From NCBI GenBank assembly GCA_034723415.1, contig JAYEOX010000109.1:8129-63808 (forward strand): DNA of 55,680 bases. The letters are read 5' to 3'. The DNA comes from Fidelibacterota bacterium (lineage in GTDB: Bacteria > Fidelibacterota > Fidelibacteria > Fidelibacterales > Fidelibacteraceae). The position numbers and the translations under genes are program-made. The notes under the pieces are model-generated. The model did not search any database, had not been told where the DNA came from, and was given only the letters and a program-made list of their open reading frames with translations. This document shows, piece after piece, positions 30,728 through 41,843 of this stretch; positions within the stretch are counted from its first letter, which is position 1, and each line of letters starts with the position of its first letter.

Positions 30728-31120
30728 ATGATAGATCCGGTAGCTGATTATTTAACAAGAATTAGAAATGCTTGCATGGTTCGTAAGAATTGGGTTGAGA
30801 TACCTGCAAGCAAGTTAAAAGCAAAAATTTCTTTAGTTTTAAAAGATAAGGGTTACATCAAGGATGTGATTTTAATTAAAGATAACAAACAAGGAATCTT
30901 AAGATTATTTTTAAAATATCAAAATGATGGAAGACCTGTTATCTATGAACTAGAGAAAATTAGTAAAGAAAGTTTAAGAGTATATGTTAATAGTAATAAT
31001 ATTCCAAGAGTAAAAAATGGATTAGGGATTGCTATTTTATCAACCTCGTCAGGTATTATGACCGATAAAGAAGCTCGGAAAAAGAATATCGGTGGCGAAT
31101 ATTTATGTAAAATATGGTAA
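30728..31120 (+). CDS. rpsH: 30S ribosomal protein S8
   Basis: DPVADYLTRIRNA, GLGIAILSTS, GGE. Confidence 0.97.
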   Translation: MIDPVADYLTRIRNACMVRKNWVEIPASKLKAKISLVLKDKGYIKDVILIKDNKQGILRLFLKYQNDGRPVIYELEKISKESLRVYVNSNNIPRVKNGLGIAILSTSSGIMTDKEARKKNIGGEYLCKIW

Positions 31121-31133
31121 TAGAGGAATAATT

Positions 31134-31691
31134 ATGTCAAGAATCGGGAAACAAATAATACAAATACCGGAACAAATAAAGGTTGAATTAAAAAACAATA
31201 CTATATTAGTAAAGGGACCAAAGGGTGAAGAAAAATTTCAATTCCATAGTGATATGCAAGTTATAGTTAATAAAGATAACATAGAGGTAAAGAGACCATC
31301 TGAATCTAAAAAACATAAGTCATTGCATGGACTTACCAGATCGATTATTAATAACATGATTATAGGTGTTGTAAATGGATATGAAAAAAAGTTGATATTG
31401 ACTGGAGTTGGATATTCGGTAGAATTGAAAGGAAAAGGAACTCATCTTTTTTTTACTATTGGATATTCTCATCAAATTTTAATTGATTCTCCTGTAGGTG
31501 TTAGTTTTAAAGTTGATAAAGGTAATGTAATTACGGTAATAGGAACAAATAAACAAAAAGTTGGTGAAGTTGCAGCTAAGGTTCGATCTTTAAGACCCCC
31601 TGAACCATATAAGGGTAAGGGAATAAGATATATCGATGAAATAATTCATAAAAAAGCTGGTAAAATGGCTAAAACAACTGGCGTTGGTTAA
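31134..31691 (+). CDS. rplF: 50S ribosomal protein L6
   Basis: MSRIGK, KGPKG, PEPYKGKG; GAGG SD. Confidence 0.98.
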   Translation: MSRIGKQIIQIPEQIKVELKNNTILVKGPKGEEKFQFHSDMQVIVNKDNIEVKRPSESKKHKSLHGLTRSIINNMIIGVVNGYEKKLILTGVGYSVELKGKGTHLFFTIGYSHQILIDSPVGVSFKVDKGNVITVIGTNKQKVGEVAAKVRSLRPPEPYKGKGIRYIDEIIHKKAGKMAKTTGVG

Positions 31692-31712
31692 AATAATTTA
31701 AAGGTTTGATTT

Positions 31713-32084
31713 ATGAGAGATAATAATAAAAAGAAGTATAGAGCAAGATTAAAGAAAAAGATTAGGATAAAAAAGAAGATTTTTGGAACAAAAGAGCGTC
31801 CGAGATTGGTTGTTTATAGAAGCAATAAAAATATTAGTGCACAAATTGTAGATGATTCAAATAATATTGTTATAGTTTCTGCTTCTTCATTTTCTAAAGA
31901 TTTAAGGCAATCTTTAGAAGACAAGTCAAAAAGTGAAATGAGTGTTGAAGTTGGGAAAGACCTTGCAAAGAAAGCGCTGAAAAAGAAAATAAAAAAGGTC
32001 GTTTTTGATAGAAATGGTTATTTATATCATGGTAGAATAAAGGCACTTGCAGAGGCAAGTAGAGAAGCCGGATTAAAATTATAG
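31713..32084 (+). CDS. rplR: 50S ribosomal protein L18
   Basis: RPRLVVYRSN, FDRNGYLYHGR. Confidence 0.98.
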   Translation: MRDNNKKKYRARLKKKIRIKKKIFGTKERPRLVVYRSNKNISAQIVDDSNNIVIVSASSFSKDLRQSLEDKSKSEMSVEVGKDLAKKALKKKIKKVVFDRNGYLYHGRIKALAEASREAGLKL

Positions 32085-32101
32085 TATAGGAGAGATATAT
32101 T

Positions 32102-32608
32102 TTGAAATCTATTAATCCATCAGAATTAGAATTAAAAGATGAAAAAGTTGTAAAAATAAGACGTGTTGCCAATGTTGTAACGGGAGGTAGAAGATTTAGT
32201 TTTAATTCCGTGGTTGTTGTTGGAGATGGGAAAGGACATGTTGGCGTAGGTTTTGGTAAAGCAAATCAAGTGATTGATGCTATTAATAAAGGTAGAGATG
32301 ACGCAAAAAAGAATATTGTAAAAATTAATATTGTTAATGGAACTATTCCATTTGAAATACAGGTAAAATATGGTGCTGCTATTGTTCATTTAAAACCGGC
32401 ATCACAAGGAACTGGAATAATTGCGGGTGGTCCGGTAAGAGCTGTTATGGACCAAGTTGGAATAAGTAATATTTTAGCAAAATCTATGGGAAGTCCTAAT
32501 CCATATAATTTAGTGAAAGCTACTTTAAAAGGATTAATTGAGTTAGAAGATGCGATTACTGTTGCTAAAAGACGTGGCATTACTATGCAGGAGGTTTTTA
32601 ATGGCTAA
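32102..32608 (+). CDS. rpsE: 30S ribosomal protein S5 (TTG start)
   Basis: GGRRFSF, VVVGD, GTGIIAGG. Confidence 0.97.
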   Translation: MKSINPSELELKDEKVVKIRRVANVVTGGRRFSFNSVVVVGDGKGHVGVGFGKANQVIDAINKGRDDAKKNIVKINIVNGTIPFEIQVKYGAAIVHLKPASQGTGIIAGGPVRAVMDQVGISNILAKSMGSPNPYNLVKATLKGLIELEDAITVAKRRGITMQEVFNG

Positions 32609-32795
32609 GAAGAAAAGTAAAAAAATAAAAATTACTCAAATTAAAAGTATGATAGGCCAAAAACCGAAAATTAATGCTACTATAAAAGCACTTGGACTTG
32701 GTAAAATAAGAAAGACAGTTGAGCATACTGATAATGATGTAATTCGCGGGATGGTGAATAAAGTTTCTCATATGATAATTGTTAAGGAGGCATAG
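32601..32795 (+). CDS. rpmD: 50S ribosomal protein L30
   Basis: KSMIG, ALGL, IRGM; GGAGG SD before ATG 32601. Confidence 0.95.
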   Translation: MAKKKSKKIKITQIKSMIGQKPKINATIKALGLGKIRKTVEHTDNDVIRGMVNKVSHMIIVKEA

Positions 32796-32800
32796 ATATA

Positions 32801-33241
32801 ATGGATTTATCTAAGTTAAAACCTGCTAAAGGATATAAAAAAAATTCAATAAGAAAAGGACGAGGAGAAGGTTCTGGTAAAGGTTCTACTGCCGGTCGAG
32901 GTGAAAACGGTGCCCTATCAAGAAGTGGATCCAAACGATATAGTTGGTTTGAAGGTGGACAAATGCCTTTGCAAAGACGTCTTCCAAAATTTGGTTTTTC
33001 TAATAAAAGATTTAAAAAAGTATTTGAAATAGTAAATATTAAAGATATCAATGTAATTAGTAAGAAAAAAATTGACAAGGAAGTACTTAAAAAGCATGGT
33101 TTGATAAAAAAGACAAGTATTCCTTTGAAAATATTAGGTAATGGAGATATTAATAAAGAATATGAGATTAAAGCAGATGCTTTTAGTAAATCAGCTAAGG
33201 AAAAAATTGAAAAAGCTAACGGGAAGGTAATTGTATTATGA
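32801..33241 (+). CDS. rplO: 50S ribosomal protein L15
   Basis: GRGEGSG, FEGGQMPL, KILGNG. Confidence 0.98.
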   Translation: MDLSKLKPAKGYKKNSIRKGRGEGSGKGSTAGRGENGALSRSGSKRYSWFEGGQMPLQRRLPKFGFSNKRFKKVFEIVNIKDINVISKKKIDKEVLKKHGLIKKTSIPLKILGNGDINKEYEIKADAFSKSAKEKIEKANGKVIVL

Positions 33242-34566
33242 TGCAAAGTTTTAAATCTATCTTTAAGATACATGAGTTAAGACAAAAAATATTATTTACT
33301 TTATTTATTTTATTTATTTCTCGTGTTGGTACACATGTTCCCATTCCCGGAATTGATAGTAACGCATTGGCAATTGCCGCAAAAAGTATGCAAAATACCT
33401 TACTAGGTTTATACGATATGTTTGCCGGAGGTGCATTTAAAAAAGCAACGGTTTTTGCTTTAGGAATTATGCCATATATTAGTGCTAGTATTATAATTCA
33501 ATTATTAGGATCGGTGTTTCCGTATTTCCAAAGATTACAGAAGGAAGGTGAAGCTGGCAGGAAAAAGATCACTCAAATTACAAGATATGGAACTGTATTG
33601 TTAGCTTCATTACAAGCATTTGGAGTATCAAGATTATTAGTCAATTTAAAGGTAGGCTCTGGAATGACTGTTGTGCCATATCCTGGATTGGGCTTTACTT
33701 TATTAACGATGTTGACATTGACTTCGGGAACAATGTTTCTAATGTGGTTAGGGGAACGGATCACCGAAAGAGGAATAGGTAATGGTATATCACTTATTAT
33801 TATGGTAAATATTATGTCGCGTCTTCCAAAAGTTATAATTCAAGAAATTACTTTGATTAATAGCGGCGTTAGATGGTTACTTACTGATGTTGTGTTGTTG
33901 GGAGTGATGGTGATTATTATAGCATTTGTTGTTTATTTAACGCAAGGTAAGAGAAAAATTCCCGTTCAATATGCAAAGAGAGTAGTTGGTAGAAAAATTT
34001 ATGGTGGTCAATCTACAAATATACCGTTAAGAGTGAATACCGCAGGTGTTATGCCCATCATTTTTGCTCAAGCTTTAGTATTTATTCCAAATTCGATTGG
34101 AATGTGGTTTGAAAATGTTGAATGGTTACAGAGTGGAATGAGATATTTTAATGTAAATCATCCTGTTTATTGGGTAGTTTTTGGGTTGTTAATTGTGTTC
34201 TTTACCTATTTTTATACTGCAATAGCATTTAATCCTACAGAAGTTGCTGATAATATGAAAAAACACGGCGGTTTTATTCCAGGTATAAGACCCGGTAAAA
34301 GAACAGCAGGATATATTGATAATATTTTAACAAGGGTAACATTACCCGGATCTATAGCATTAGCTATGGTTGCTGTGTTTCCATATATTCTAATGAAAAT
34401 TACAGATGTCGGATATAGTTTAGCAAGTTTTTTTGGTGGGACATCTTTATTAATTATTGTTGGAGTGGCATTGGACACGTTGCAACAAGTTGAATCACAT
34501 TTATTAACCCGTCATTATGATGGATTTATGAAATCTGGGAAGATAAGAGGAAGACGAAGATTTTAA
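33238..34566 (+). CDS. secY: Preprotein translocase subunit SecY
   Basis: [37 protein letters not shown]. Confidence 0.99.
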   Translation: MMQSFKSIFKIHELRQKILFTLFILFISRVGTHVPIPGIDSNALAIAAKSMQNTLLGLYDMFAGGAFKKATVFALGIMPYISASIIIQLLGSVFPYFQRLQKEGEAGRKKITQITRYGTVLLASLQAFGVSRLLVNLKVGSGMTVVPYPGLGFTLLTMLTLTSGTMFLMWLGERITERGIGNGISLIIMVNIMSRLPKVIIQEITLINSGVRWLLTDVVLLGVMVIIIAFVVYLTQGKRKIPVQYAKRVVGRKIYGGQSTNIPLRVNTAGVMPIIFAQALVFIPNSIGMWFENVEWLQSGMRYFNVNHPVYWVVFGLLIVFFTYFYTAIAFNPTEVADNMKKHGGFIPGIRPGKRTAGYIDNILTRVTLPGSIALAMVAVFPYILMKITDVGYSLASFFGGTSLLIIVGVALDTLQQVESHLLTRHYDGFMKSGKIRGRRRF

Positions 34567-34606
34567 TGAATTATATTATATAATTAAGGAACGAAACAAA
34601 GTAAAT

Positions 34607-34825
34607 ATGTCAAAACAAAAAGCGATAAAAGTGGATGGAATAATTAAGGAAGCATTGCCAAGTGCATATTTTAAGGTTGAATTAGAAAATGGGCATGAGG
34701 TTTTAGCACATGTATCCGGGAAAATGAGAATGCATTATATTAAAATATTGCCTGGTGATAAGGTTTCATTGGAATTATCACCATATGATCTTGGTAAGGG
34801 TAGAATAGTTTATAGATATAAATAA
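34607..34825 (+). CDS. infA: Translation initiation factor IF-1
   Basis: SGKMR, GDKV, SPYDL.KGRI. Confidence 0.98.
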   Translation: MSKQKAIKVDGIIKEALPSAYFKVELENGHEVLAHVSGKMRMHYIKILPGDKVSLELSPYDLGKGRIVYRYK

Positions 34826-34839
34826 GAAGGTAATTAAAT

Positions 34840-34953
34840 ATGAAAGTAAGAACATCGGTTAAAAAAATATGTGATAAATGTAAGATTGTACGCCGCAAAG
34901 GTGTAGTCAGGGTTATTTGTGAAAATAAAAAACATAAACAAAGACAAGGTTAA
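34840..34953 (+). CDS. rpmJ: 50S ribosomal protein L36, absent from the ORF track
   Basis: Hand translation [37 protein letters not shown]. Confidence 0.97.
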   Translation: MKVRTSVKKICDKCKIVRRKGVVRVICENKKHKQRQG

Positions 34954-34966
34954 ATAGGAGAATAAA

Positions 34967-35341
34967 TTGGCACGAATTTCTGGAGTAGATATTCCAAATG
35001 AAAAAAAGGTTAAAGTTTCATTGACTTATATTTATGGGATTGGTAGAACATCCGCATCACAAATATTAAAAGATGCAAAAATTGATCCCGAATTAAGGGT
35101 TAAAAATTTAAATGATGAACAAATTACCTCTATAAGAAAAACGATATCCGACAATTATAATATTGAAGGTACTGCAAGAACTAGTAAAGTTATGGATATT
35201 AAAAGATTGATGGATATTGGCTGCTATCGAGGTATTAGACATAGACGCGGTTTACCTGTTAGGGGGCAAAATACAAAAAACAATTCAAGGACTAGAAAAG
35301 GTAAGAAGAAATTAGCAGTAAAGAAAAAACGAAAGGTATGA
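34967..35341 (+). CDS. rpsM: 30S ribosomal protein S13 (TTG start)
   Basis: ARISGV, IYGIG, YRGIRH..LPVRGQ. Confidence 0.98.
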   Translation: MARISGVDIPNEKKVKVSLTYIYGIGRTSASQILKDAKIDPELRVKNLNDEQITSIRKTISDNYNIEGTARTSKVMDIKRLMDIGCYRGIRHRRGLPVRGQNTKNNSRTRKGKKKLAVKKKRKV

Positions 35342-35362
35342 TAAGGTTATTAGGAGGAATAG

Positions 35363-35761
35363 TTGGCAAATAAAAAATCACAGGTAAAAAGAAGAAAAAA
35401 GAAAAAAGGAAAGGTAAGTCCCGATGGAATAGCTTATATAAAAGCTACTCATAATAATACAATAATAAATTTAACAGATCATTATGGGAATACTATTTCT
35501 TGGGCAGCTGCTGGAAAAGTAGGGTTTAAGGGCTCAAGGAAAAATTCTGCCTTTGCAGCCGGACAAGCAGCAGAAAATGCGGCAAAAGAGGCCGTTAATA
35601 GAGGAATGGTAAGGATTGATGTAAAAGTAAAAGGGCCAGGTTCAGGAAGAGAAATGGCAATAAGATCATTAGCACTTGCTGGTTTAACAATTAAAACAAT
35701 TAAGGATGTAACACCAATACCTCATAATGGTTGTCGTCCGCCAAAACGCAGAAGAGTTTAG
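35363..35761 (+). CDS. rpsK: 30S ribosomal protein S11 (TTG start)
   Basis: [23 protein letters not shown]. Confidence 0.98.
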   Translation: MANKKSQVKRRKKKKGKVSPDGIAYIKATHNNTIINLTDHYGNTISWAAAGKVGFKGSRKNSAFAAGQAAENAAKEAVNRGMVRIDVKVKGPGSGREMAIRSLALAGLTIKTIKDVTPIPHNGCRPPKRRRV

Positions 35762-35774
35762 GAGGAATGGTTTT

Positions 35775-36386
35775 ATGGCAAGATATATAGGGCCAAGAGC
35801 AAAAATTTGTAGAAGATTTAATTATCCGACATTTGAATCACCAAAATTTACAAAATTGAGAAAAAGTTATCCACCTGGTGAACATGGACCAACAAGTAGG
35901 AAAAGATTATCTGATTATGGTATTCAACTTCGTGAAAAACAGAGATTGAAATATTTATATGGTGTTCTCGAAAAGCAATTTAGAAATTATTATAAGAAAG
36001 CAGATAAGCAAAAAGGTGTAACGGGACATAATTTGTTAACTATGTTAGAAATGAGATTAGATAATATTATTTATCGTTTAGGATTTGCTCCGACTCGTAG
36101 AGCAGCACGTCAATTAGTTTCTCATAGACATATTTTAGTAAATGGTAAAATTGTAAATATTCCTTCATTTCTAGTAAAACCCGGACAAATTATCAGTGTG
36201 AAAGATAAAAGTAAAAGAATGGAATTAATCTTAGATTCAGTAAAAAATGTTCGCAGTGATAATACTTTGTCTTGGATTGATTTAGATAAGGCGAAACTTG
36301 TAGGAAGTATTCTACATATTCCCGAACGAGAAGAATTGCCCATAGAAATAAATGAGCAATTAGTAGTTGAATTATATTCAAAATAA
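35775..36386 (+). CDS. rpsD: 30S ribosomal protein S4
   Basis: MARY.GP, PPGEHG, RLDN, ARQLVSH, VVELYSK. Confidence 0.98.
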   Translation: MARYIGPRAKICRRFNYPTFESPKFTKLRKSYPPGEHGPTSRKRLSDYGIQLREKQRLKYLYGVLEKQFRNYYKKADKQKGVTGHNLLTMLEMRLDNIIYRLGFAPTRRAARQLVSHRHILVNGKIVNIPSFLVKPGQIISVKDKSKRMELILDSVKNVRSDNTLSWIDLDKAKLVGSILHIPEREELPIEINEQLVVELYSK

Positions 36387-36404
36387 AAAATTAAGGAACA
36401 TTTA

Positions 36405-37382
36405 ATGCCAAATTTTCAAATTCCCCAAAAAATCAATGTTGAAAAAGATACATATTCCGATAAATATGGTAAATTTATAATCGAGCCATTAGAACGTGGT
36501 TTTGGAACAACAATTGGAAACGCCTTGAGACGAATTCTTATTTCTTCAATACCTGGTTCAGCAATTACTGCTATGAGGATTGAAGGAGTGCTTCATGAAT
36601 TTGCCACTATCGATGGTGTTCTTGAAGATGTATCTTTAATAATATTAAATCTTAAGCAGGTAAAGATAAATTTAACAGATTCAAAACCGATTAAATTAAG
36701 TTTAAAATTTAAAGGTCCTGTTAAAGTAACTGCCGGAATGTTAATTGATGATAATCCAAAAGTTAAAATTTTAAATCCCGATATGAATATTATGGAAATT
36801 GTTAAGAATAAAACAATAAAAATGAATATTTGGATTGGACGTGGCCGTGGATATTATCCTGCAAAACAAAATAAAACAATTGAAGCTCCTGTAGATACTA
36901 TTTGGATTGATTCTATTTTTTCTCCGGTAACAAAAGTATCATATAAAGTTGAAAAGTTGCAATCAGGGCTCAAAGAAGAATTAGAGAAATTAATATTGGA
37001 GATAAATACCAATGGTTCTATTTCTCCCGAAGATTCATTATCTTATGCTTCAAAATTATTAACTAATCATTTAGAAAAATTAATTGATTTAAAAACTTCG
37101 GATATTATTGAACCGGAATTACAGATTGATGAAGAGAAAGTTAAAATGAAAAAGAAGTTAGATAAGAAAGTAGATGAATTAGAATTATCTGTTAGATCAT
37201 ACCATTGTTTGCATAGTGCGGATATAAATACCATTAGTGATCTGGTTCAAAGAGATGAAGATAGTATGTTAAAATATAGAAATTTTGGTCGTAAATCCTT
37301 GAATGAATTAATTCAAAAACTTGATGAATTAGATTTACGATTTGGTATGGATATTAAAGAATATTTAGACGATAATAATTAA
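36405..37382 (+). CDS. rpoA: RNA polymerase alpha subunit
   Basis: PLERGFGTTIGNALRR, HEF, LELSVRS, NFGRKSL. Confidence 0.98.
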   Translation: MPNFQIPQKINVEKDTYSDKYGKFIIEPLERGFGTTIGNALRRILISSIPGSAITAMRIEGVLHEFATIDGVLEDVSLIILNLKQVKINLTDSKPIKLSLKFKGPVKVTAGMLIDDNPKVKILNPDMNIMEIVKNKTIKMNIWIGRGRGYYPAKQNKTIEAPVDTIWIDSIFSPVTKVSYKVEKLQSGLKEELEKLILEINTNGSISPEDSLSYASKLLTNHLEKLIDLKTSDIIEPELQIDEEKVKMKKKLDKKVDELELSVRSYHCLHSADINTISDLVQRDEDSMLKYRNFGRKSLNELIQKLDELDLRFGMDIKEYLDDNN

Positions 37383-37406
37383 TTAAGATTAGGCGAATAT
37401 ATAGAT

Positions 37407-37823
37407 ATGAGACATAATAAAAAAGGTTTAAAATTGGGTAGAACTAAGAGTCATAGAGAGGCATTATTATCTAATATGGCTTCTTCTCTTTTATTACATA
37501 AAGAGATAAAAACAACCCATGCAAAAGCAAAAGAATTAAGAAGATATACAGAAAGATTAATCACTTATGGGAAAAAAAATACAACTCATGCGAGGCGATT
37601 AGCTTTTAAATTTTTAAGACGCAAAGATACTGTTAAAATTTTATTTGATGAAATTGCACCTATCTATGAGAAAAGGCAAGGTGGATATACAAGAATAATA
37701 AAATTAGGAAATAGAGTTAACGATAATGCTCCTGTGGTTTTAATTCAACTTGTTGATGCAATAAGTTTGGAAGATAAAAAGAAAGATAAAAAGAAAGATA
37801 AAAAGAAAAAATCAAAAGAGTAA
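37407..37823 (+). CDS. rplQ: 50S ribosomal protein L17
   Basis: MRH, HR.ALL.N, GGYTRI. Confidence 0.98.
   Translation: MRHNKKGLKLGRTKSHREALLSNMASSLLLHKEIKTTHAKAKELRRYTERLITYGKKNTTHARRLAFKFLRRKDTVKILFDEIAPIYEKRQGGYTRIIKLGNRVNDNAPVVLIQLVDAISLEDKKKDKKKDKKKKSKE
37771..37806 (+). repeat. In-frame 12-bp tandem repeat (AAGATAAAAAGA)x3 in the rplQ tail
   Basis: Read directly; encodes DKKK repeats. Confidence 0.9.
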
Positions 37824-37873
37824 AGTTTTTTAGTTAAATTATATAATTTTTTAAGAGTACTTTTATTATTGTT

Positions 37874-39055
37874 GTGTATAAAATATTTATAAAATCGATA
37901 AAACGGGTAATTTTAATAATTGCCCTTTTTTGTTTTTTTATACATGGTAGTAATATAGAAAATAATTTGCAATTTGATCATGTTGGAATATGGGTAGTCC
38001 GTAATTCAATGATTAATAAAAAAGAAATTGATCAGTTTATTGATTTTGCAAAGGATAATGGAATTACTGATTTATTTGTGCAAATTCGTGGCCGTGGTGA
38101 TGCTTTTTATAATAGTGATTTAGTAGAAAAAAATAAAAATATTAGTCCACAGTCTTTCGATCCATTAGAATATGTGTGTAAAGTGGGTCATTATAATAAT
38201 TTAAAAATTCATGCTTGGTTTAATACTTACATTTTATTATCAAATCCCAAAAGAGCGATTTCTTCAGATCATTTGTTTAAATTGTTCCCGAACTGGACAG
38301 AGACAAATTATTATGGCCAAAATGATTCTGAGTTAATATATTTGGGAAGAACACCTAAAAATTATGAAGGTGCGTATTTATCACCAATTCATCCGGATGT
38401 TAATAGATATTTGTTCTTGTTAATTAAAGAAATTATTAGTAAATATGATATTGATGGGATACATTTTGATTATGTTCGATTACAAGGTAAAAACTGGGGA
38501 TTTAATAAAAAGGGGACGGAAATGTTTACTAAAAAAACCGGTTTAAATTTTGAAGATTTTGCTATAGATGGTAAATATTATCGAAATGACTCACTTAGAA
38601 ATACCTTTTTTAAGAAATATTCCGAATATCGCATTCAAGCAATTAACGATTTAATAAAAAGAGTTAGTATATACAATAAACAAAATAATAAAAAAATTAA
38701 AATAAGTGCTGCTGTAAAACCCAATCCAATATTTGCAAAAAACAATTATTATCAAGATTGGCTGTCTTGGATTAAAAACGATTGGATAGATTTCGTTGTT
38801 CCGATGAATTACACAAAGAATAATCGAATATTTAATAATATTTTAGCAGATATAAAAAATAATTTAGATAAAGAGGAATATAATAAAGTATTAGTTGGAA
38901 TAGGAATATGGAAACAATCTCCCAAAAATTCATCTAAAAAAATTAATTTGGTTAACAATCAAAATTTATCTGGTGTAGTTTTGTTTTCTTATAATACTTT
39001 AAAAAAGGAAATTAATTATTATAAAAATATGGTTAAAAATGTTAAGACTAATTAA
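37874..39055 (+). CDS. Exported glycosyl hydrolase-like 10 (YddW/DigH-like) protein
   Basis: Signal peptide, GIWV, QIRGRGDAFY, FDPL, IHAW, DGIHFDY, QDW..W, PMNY. Confidence 0.8.
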   Translation: MYKIFIKSIKRVILIIALFCFFIHGSNIENNLQFDHVGIWVVRNSMINKKEIDQFIDFAKDNGITDLFVQIRGRGDAFYNSDLVEKNKNISPQSFDPLEYVCKVGHYNNLKIHAWFNTYILLSNPKRAISSDHLFKLFPNWTETNYYGQNDSELIYLGRTPKNYEGAYLSPIHPDVNRYLFLLIKEIISKYDIDGIHFDYVRLQGKNWGFNKKGTEMFTKKTGLNFEDFAIDGKYYRNDSLRNTFFKKYSEYRIQAINDLIKRVSIYNKQNNKKIKISAAVKPNPIFAKNNYYQDWLSWIKNDWIDFVVPMNYTKNNRIFNNILADIKNNLDKEEYNKVLVGIGIWKQSPKNSSKKINLVNNQNLSGVVLFSYNTLKKEINYYKNMVKNVKTN

Positions 39056-40364
39056 AAAATATTTATATAAAGTAAAAGTAATTATTTCTTTAACTGTTAA
39101 AAAATTTAATAGTGATCTATGTTTAGAACAATCGGCAAGTTTGGCATATATAACTATAATATCTCTGATTCCACTGTCTGTTTTATTGTTTAGTATCTCT
39201 GGTGTTTTAGGTATTGGTAAAGAAATTATTCATTATGTAGAAAATACCATATTCCCATTTATTGCTCCGGAGTTTCATGAACAGTTAAGTAATTGGTTGG
39301 AATTATATATTTCTCCAACGGCTTTTCAAGGATTAACAACCGGTATAATTAATTTAATTGCAGTTTTTAGTTTAGTATTAGCAGCGACAGCAATTTTTGT
39401 TATGGCAGAAAGAGTCTTTAATCATATTTGGAATACAAAGGAAAAAAGGAATTATTTTCAGAAAGTTGTGGCTTTTTGGGTGGTATTAACTACAAGTCCA
39501 TTATTAATTTTAATATCTGCTTGGTTAGTGAATTATTTAAATCCGGCCGGAGGAATTTTTGATCAAATTTTGCATGAGTTCTGGGTATTGCAATTGTTAT
39601 ATACGAAATTGGTTCCATTATTTATTAGCTTCGTAGCTTTCTCATTATTGTATTTAATAATACCTTCCGCTTCGGTTAGAATTAAAAGTGCAGCGTTTGG
39701 TGGATTTATTGCTGCATTGTTATGGGAATTTTCTAAAAATACATTTTATCTTTATATCAATAGAGCTGAAATTGTTACAAGTTTTTACAAATCATTAGCG
39801 ACAATTCCGTTATTTTTAATATGGATATATCTAACTTGGTTTTTAATATTGCTTGGTGCTGAATTTGCCTATGTTTTACAGCATAATAAGATGTTGTTGC
39901 ATTTAAATAAATATAATAATAAAGAAAAAATATATTCAGATCCTTTTTTGGGTATAATGTTATTATTAAATATTCATAAATCATTTGTTAATGGAAAAGA
40001 GACACCTGGGTTAGATGATATTGCTGAAAAAATGGGTTGTAATCCACTGTCTTTAAATAATGTTGCAGATATTTTAGTTGAAAAAGGATATTTAATTCCA
40101 AGTTCAGATAGAGCAAACAAATATTTTTTAACAAAATCACCTGATAATATTTTAATTGAAAAAGTTATTAGAGATATTAATTTGAATGAATATCCGGCCG
40201 AAAATTGGGAAAATTTAAAACCAGATGAAAGTGATTATTTAAAACGTTATGCCTCTAAATTATTTATGAATGCGGAAAATGCATTTTATTCTGTTTTAAA
40301 AAACAAAACATTAAATATTAGTAGATCAATAAAAAAAAAGAAGCAAAAATATTTAAAAAATTAA
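39039..40364 (+). CDS. YihY/BrkB family inner-membrane protein with a C-terminal wHTH-like extension
   Basis: ASLAY..SLIP, FNHIW, Y.SLA.IPLFLIWIY..W..LLGAE; Rrf2-like tail. Confidence 0.85.
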   Translation: MLRLIKKYLYKVKVIISLTVKKFNSDLCLEQSASLAYITIISLIPLSVLLFSISGVLGIGKEIIHYVENTIFPFIAPEFHEQLSNWLELYISPTAFQGLTTGIINLIAVFSLVLAATAIFVMAERVFNHIWNTKEKRNYFQKVVAFWVVLTTSPLLILISAWLVNYLNPAGGIFDQILHEFWVLQLLYTKLVPLFISFVAFSLLYLIIPSASVRIKSAAFGGFIAALLWEFSKNTFYLYINRAEIVTSFYKSLATIPLFLIWIYLTWFLILLGAEFAYVLQHNKMLLHLNKYNNKEKIYSDPFLGIMLLLNIHKSFVNGKETPGLDDIAEKMGCNPLSLNNVADILVEKGYLIPSSDRANKYFLTKSPDNILIEKVIRDINLNEYPAENWENLKPDESDYLKRYASKLFMNAENAFYSVLKNKTLNISRSIKKKKQKYLKN

Positions 40365-40365
40365 T

Positions 40366-41562
<1,197 letters not shown>

Positions 41563-41687
41563 TTATGAATTATTATTAAATATTAAAAATAATTAATTGT
41601 GAATTCATAAAAAAAATAACTATCTCGAATATTGGCTTTTAAATTTTATTTTTTGTTATCCAATTCCAAGCATTTTCCCCGAAGCAT

Positions 41688-41721
41688 AAATTATTATTCG
41701 TGTATTCGTGTCAATTTATTT
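41688..41721. repeat. Dispersed copy of the TATTCGTG-doublet repeat
   Basis: 33/34 identical to 316-349. Confidence 0.85.
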
Positions 41722-41843
41722 CCAAATTTTTTCACTTGGAGCACATAAGCAATTTCAATTCAATTTTCAAAAAATATTAGTTTAAAATATTGTGATTAAA
41801 GAATAATTTATGTATATTTTACTCTAAATATGGAGAGATTAAT

